Positions 51,720 to 56,213 of a DNA stretch of 56,213 nt are shown here, in pieces. A program made the position numbers and the translations under genes. The notes under the pieces are model-generated. The model saw only the letters and a list, made by a program, of their open reading frames with translations. It did not search any database and was not told where the DNA came from. The number at the start of each line of letters is the position of its first letter. Within the stretch, counting starts at the first letter, position 1. The DNA comes from Chromera velia (taxonomy: Eukaryota), in NCBI GenBank assembly GCA_018398765.1, contig JAHBMJ010000108.1, positions 1 through 56,213 on the forward strand, written 5' to 3'.

Positions 51720-52753
51720 GGCTTGAACTTTTAAACTTAACTGAGTGGTAGTTAGGTTCAGGGAGGTCGTTTAGTAGACAGAGTAGGTAAAAAAGTTGGC
51801 TCAACAATGAAAATAGAGAGAAAGAGAATAAGGAGAGCCTCTTTTTACTATACGAAAGTGGCGCTGCGATCGGAACACAGGAGGAGAGTAGCATGTAGGG
51901 TGGGAGACAGGGCTGTGGCTGCGATTCAGAGAAAAATTCTGGTAAGGGGAGGAGAGAAGGTGCCGTTACAGAAAAGGACGTGCTAGTTCTGTCGAGGATG
52001 GTTAGGAATCGAGGTGGTGGATGACGAAATCTATTTGGTGATAGAATGTCCTGTTTTTGACAGAGAGGGACCAGAGATGTTTAGGAAGATAGAAGAGAAA
52101 TGGGATAGCAAGATGGAAGAAAGAGCCAGAAAGGCAGCCACACAAAGAGAAGGGCTCAACCGAAAAGAGGGAAAAAGAGACAACTCGACGCTTTTGTACT
52201 TTCTGTTGAATGAATGTCATGCTATAGTAGATGAGTTTTTGGGATGGGCATCATTCAGACGGAGGGTGTTTGAGGAGTGTCAGTGTCCAGGACGGTACGG
52301 ACATATAGAGGGAGACGCTCTGGCGGCCAGACATGCAGGAATCACCGGAAGGCAGCGGGCGATCGCGAGACTAACAAAAGAATATGAGGAGACGATTGAT
52401 AACTTAGAGACGACCGAAGGAGTTTTAGGGTGGGGAAGGAGGGAGCGGCAGAAGAAGATTGATAAAGCGAATGAGAGCAAGGAAGCCTAAATCGTATGCC
52501 GTTTCAAATTGATTTTCAGGCTGGAAAGCCAACACGGATCCAGAGCCGTGGCTCGAACAACGAACAATCATGCAAAAGCGGCCAGGGCAACAGACTCTGG
52601 CAGGCCTTGAGGGCGGGGTCTGATACCTCAGCTTAGGCTGGGGAACGCCCCGCCCTGCTAGCTGAGCCTAGCTCTGGCGACAGATAGACATAGCAGGAAG
52701 GCCCTAGGGCGGAACATATCAATCAATCAATCAATCAATCAAAAATAAAAAAA
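51720..52753 (+). mobile_element. 3' fragment of an RTE/RTEX-like LINE: C-terminal CCHC region, 3' UTR, (CAAT)n tail
   Basis: In one frame: ...RRRVACRVGD...VPLQKRTC*FCRGWLGIEVVDDEIYLVIECPVFDRE (decayed CxxC...DExH...ECP). ORF stops at 52490; (tcaa)5 and an A-run at 52719-52753. The 5' boundary is approximate. Confidence 0.7.
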
Positions 52754-52983
52754 TGAAACCGTTTAGGTAATGTTTGTGCGGAGGGCTAGGTACATAGGGC
52801 TATGATGGGCTATGCAGAGGGCCTAGCTGCCAGTGTTTCTACTAGTGTTTCTATAGTATCAAAGTCTGTACTCTATACGTATAATATAACTTTCTCTCCC
52901 CCTCCAACTAGCCCCCCCTTAATCGATCAAGCCTCTTCCTCTTCCTCTCCCTCCTCTTCGTCTTGTCCTTCTTCTCCCTCCTC

Positions 52984-54685
52984 TCAAAAGTCCTCTCCCC
53001 CCTCCGCATCTACCTCTAGATGTAGCTCCCCATCCCCATCCCCGCTCCCCTCACTGCTTTCCAGGCTTTCCTCTTCACTTTCCTCCCCCTCCTCCTCCGA
53101 GCTGCCTTCATCATCGAGGCCGTCAGTCAAATTTGAAACATCCCCCCCTTTTTCCACTCTGCGAAACAGCCGCACGAGGGAATGTCTTTTCATGGTTCTC
53201 CCCACAATCCCTAATTGACGCTGCCTTCTTGACAACTGCATCGCTGTCTTTCCATCCCCATCGACAGCTTCCAAATCAACACCATGGCATATGAGAAGTC
53301 TCGCAACTTCCCAGTAGGATTTTATTTCAGAAGACTGTGCCCGAAACCATTGGGTGATGGCGTGGCGCTCTCGAGAAACTTCGTACTGACGGAAACAACC
53401 AGAGTGCAGAGCAGTCCTGCCTCTTGCATCCCTTACACGAACATCAGCCCCCCGACTGAGCGCAACCCCCACCACCCCCTTTGCCTCCCTGATGGCTGCA
53501 TGGTGCAAAATTGTTTTTCCCCTTTCATCAGCCATGTTCACATCGGCACCGTGATCAAGCAGAAGCTCGGCCATCTCTTTTCGATCACTCTTACCCTCAC
53601 CTTCCCCCTCCTCCGTGCCAAAGATCCGACGTGGCATAGCGGTGAAGTGGAGAGGGCCCATCCCCTCCTCGTCTGGTTGATTGACTTTGGCACCGTGCGC
53701 AATCAGACGCTGTGCGGCCTCTATGCAATTACCAATGACGGCGAGGAAGAGCGGACCTGCTCCCTCGTTATCCTTTGCATTCACGTCTGCTTTGTAGGAA
53801 GCAAGGTCGTCTATCATCGCACCATGTCCATGATATGCCGCCTCATAGAGAGGGGTGAACTTATTGTCTTCATCTGCGGCATTCGGATCTGCCCCCTCGG
53901 ACAGAAGGAACCGGGCTATCTCAACCTGCTTCGGACTTACTATCCGACGGTCGCAGGCGAGGTGCAATGCCGTGCGCCCTGTTTCTTCATGATCATCATC
54001 ATCTCTCATTGTCACACCCAGACCTGCCTCCCCCCTTTGCACAAGCATTTTTGTTATTGCCTCCTTCCCTCCCGAAACGGCTCTCATGAGTGCCGTCTTC
54101 CCTTCATGCAACGCGTCTACCTGTGCCCCCAGCTGGAGCAGAAGGCAAACATCCTCTGGGCTGGATCTGTCCACAGCGCTGCAGAGCGTCTGCGCATCTA
54201 CAGGCTGGAAGGACGCAATTGTCCGTCCGATGTCACAAGCGAAGAGATCGGACAGGTCCATCTTGTAGTGTCTGTTCAGAAGAGATGTCATCTCTGCAGT
54301 GAATTCTTTTTTGAACTGGGAAATCAAAAGGAAGAGACGGTTTATAGAAGCCGTGTCACGAGGATCGAGATCGTCCGATTTCCCGTGCACTGACGCCCCT
54401 GGTTCAGACTGTGCTGCAGCTGCAGCGGCGGCTGCAGGGGGAGCTACAGCGGGAGGGGGAACTGGCTGACTTCCTTCCGCATCAGTCTGGGACTCAAAGA
54501 AAGGCTGAGTGTTGAGGAAGCTTGCGAACACTTTCTTCTTTTGTCGAAAACCCTCGATCACATTCGAGAAAATCGCCTCGACAGCGTCAAGCTGACCCAG
54601 CACAGGCGAGAGAGAATTCATGTTCGCAGTACTGAGGCCGATTACGGAATTCACTCCTCTGTACAACCGTGCGACTTCAGGTGCC
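52984..54685 (-). CDS. Ankyrin-repeat protein with helical N-domain and acidic C-tail (start/first exon not identified)
   Basis: 560-aa ORF with ~8 ankyrin repeats (GKTALMRA, GRTALHLA, FTPLYEAA, GMGPLHFT, GKTILHHAA, GRTALHSG, GKTAMQL). Probable acceptor cgcatag| near 54685. Confidence 0.9.
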
Positions 54686-55034
54686 TATGCGATCGAGGGA
54701 AGTTTAGTGGGAGACGAGGGCGAAAAGTTTGTTTGAGTATCTAAAGCTCGCAGGCCTCAGCTCCACAGAGTCTTTATCCTGTAGCTACCAATATGAGCAT
54801 CAAATCGAATCATACTCTTTGACGAGGGTCGTCGATTATGTAATGCGTCAGAATATGTCAGAATGTGTCCTTCAATGTGGCCCTGGAAAGCGTAGCGTGG
54901 GGCACTCAAAAAATTTGTACCGGAGCAGCATGCATGCGAATATATTTCAGGCCGACGACCATCATCTGACGCAAGCAAGCTTGCGAACGGCCCCGGAAAG
55001 CAAGAAAAATGAGAACTGACACGATTTCATGACG

Positions 55035-55210
55035 CACGCCGACCAGTCGACCGCGCAGTCGACCGCCCCTAGTCGCGCCGACTCCCCCCCCCCCCCCNCG
55101 CGGGAAAAAAGCCCGAGGGTAACCTGAAACCCATCTGACGCACGCGCGGCGCAAATCAGCCGTTCGGGACCGGGTTTTTGGCGAAAGACACACTGCATGC
55201 CTGCATGCGT
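55035..55210. promoter_or_regulatory. CG-rich island with poly-C and TGCATGC words upstream of the ankyrin gene
   Basis: gcacgccgaccagtcgaccgcgcagtcgaccgcccctagtcgcgccg...cgcggg...gcacgcgcggcgc, tgcatgcctgcatgc. Contains an N at 55098. Confidence 0.35.
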
Positions 55211-56213
55211 GGGCTGGGGTATTTCTGTTTTCTAAGTGCCCCCCGCTTCGCTTTCCGGGGCGACCCTCGACGTCTATAGGCGACCCCTCTATTAGGGTTA
55301 GCAGGTGGCGGGGAACATAAAATCTCGGAGACCCCCCCCCCCTTAGGAGACTCGAGGGCGGCAGGGAGGTTTTGTTCTCCAAAGACCCCCCCCCAATACA
55401 TTGCGCCCTACGGAGAAGGGTACCATGCGTATCCCAACCTACGTGCGTCATGCAGAGTAGTTGACCAACCCGCCGCCACTGCCACCACCCTTCATGACGT
55501 GGAGTACGTCGATTTTCTCTAGTAGAAGATTCGTTGCATACGTGCATGTACGTGACTGACCTTCATCACTGTATATACATAGACATACATAGGAAAAACC
55601 AACCTGGACAATTAAGCTCAACATCCAATCGAACATCCATTCTACTCCTGCTGTCGTTTAGGCTATCATTGTCTTCCGGCTTGCTTCGCTAGTACCTGCG
55701 CAGAGCGTTTATCCATAGATTCCGACGCGTGGAAGTCAAGAGTTGCCATACTAATGTTGAATTGACTCTATGACAAACATGCTTGAATGCATAATTTGAA
55801 ACGAACAAGTAGAAAGAAAGGGGACGAGGAAAAGGAAAGTTGTGAGTAGTTATAAAGAGTTTTTGACAAATGATGAGTACGTAGATCGGTCACTATCTTT
55901 GATGCTTGTCTATGTTTTAGGTCATACATACATATTTCCGTAAATAGACCTTCTTCACCTTGTGCGTGCAGCTTCAACTGAAATTCTGGACTGTGAAACT
56001 TCCCTCGTGCTGAGAACCAAGAGTCTTTAATTGACCTCAAAGATAATCCCCACTTTGTATTGTTTTTGACCATTCTATTGCCTGATTACACACTTCAAAT
56101 CCTGTGGCAGACCTTCTCTAAGGGCGTTTGATTCTCGTGTCTCCTTTTTCGGGCTTGATAAGAGGGGCGTATAGGGAAGAGGGGTTGATGAGGTAGGTGA
56201 GCGGCAGAGGAGT

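Noticed and set aside
53284..54393. 369-aa plus-strand ORF
   Set aside because: Antisense shadow of the ankyrin gene with no recognisable motifs.
55291..55301. TTAGGG-like words (also near 6023, 16214, 17279) as interstitial telomere
   Set aside because: Single isolated units, not arrays.

Overview
Eukaryotic nuclear DNA with GT-AG introns, many microsatellites and abundant TGCATGCA words. One gene has a bipartite plastid-targeting presequence. The style fits a chromerid alga such as Chromera velia (inference, not confirmed by a search). Genes: the last exon of a small membrane protein (possibly Vma12-like); two intron-containing secreted proteins with RRL motifs, one ending in a glycine-zipper plus Trp/Arg/Pro cationic tail; a FAM227/FWWh-like gene head-to-head with a ~18 kb two-repeat polycystin (PKD2/TRPP-like) channel gene; a plastid-targeted SnoaL/NTF2-like gene; and an ankyrin-repeat gene. 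Mobile DNA: a decayed CRE/SLACS-like non-LTR retrotransposon with a ~1 kb repeat-coding insert inside its RT palm, the 3' end of an RTE/RTEX-like LINE, a tRNA-3'-end/PBS-like site, and a 524-bp foldback hairpin. Most notable: (i) a candidate RRL-processed prepropeptide system, (ii) repeat copies that differ only by transitions, compatible with RIP-like C-to-T mutation, (iii) a tiny TTTTCATACAG hairpin insert associated with long duplications, one of which multiplies a splice acceptor, and (iv) shared CG-rich palindromic islands upstream of four genes. Gene models were built by hand from splice signals and reading phase; no database searches were run.
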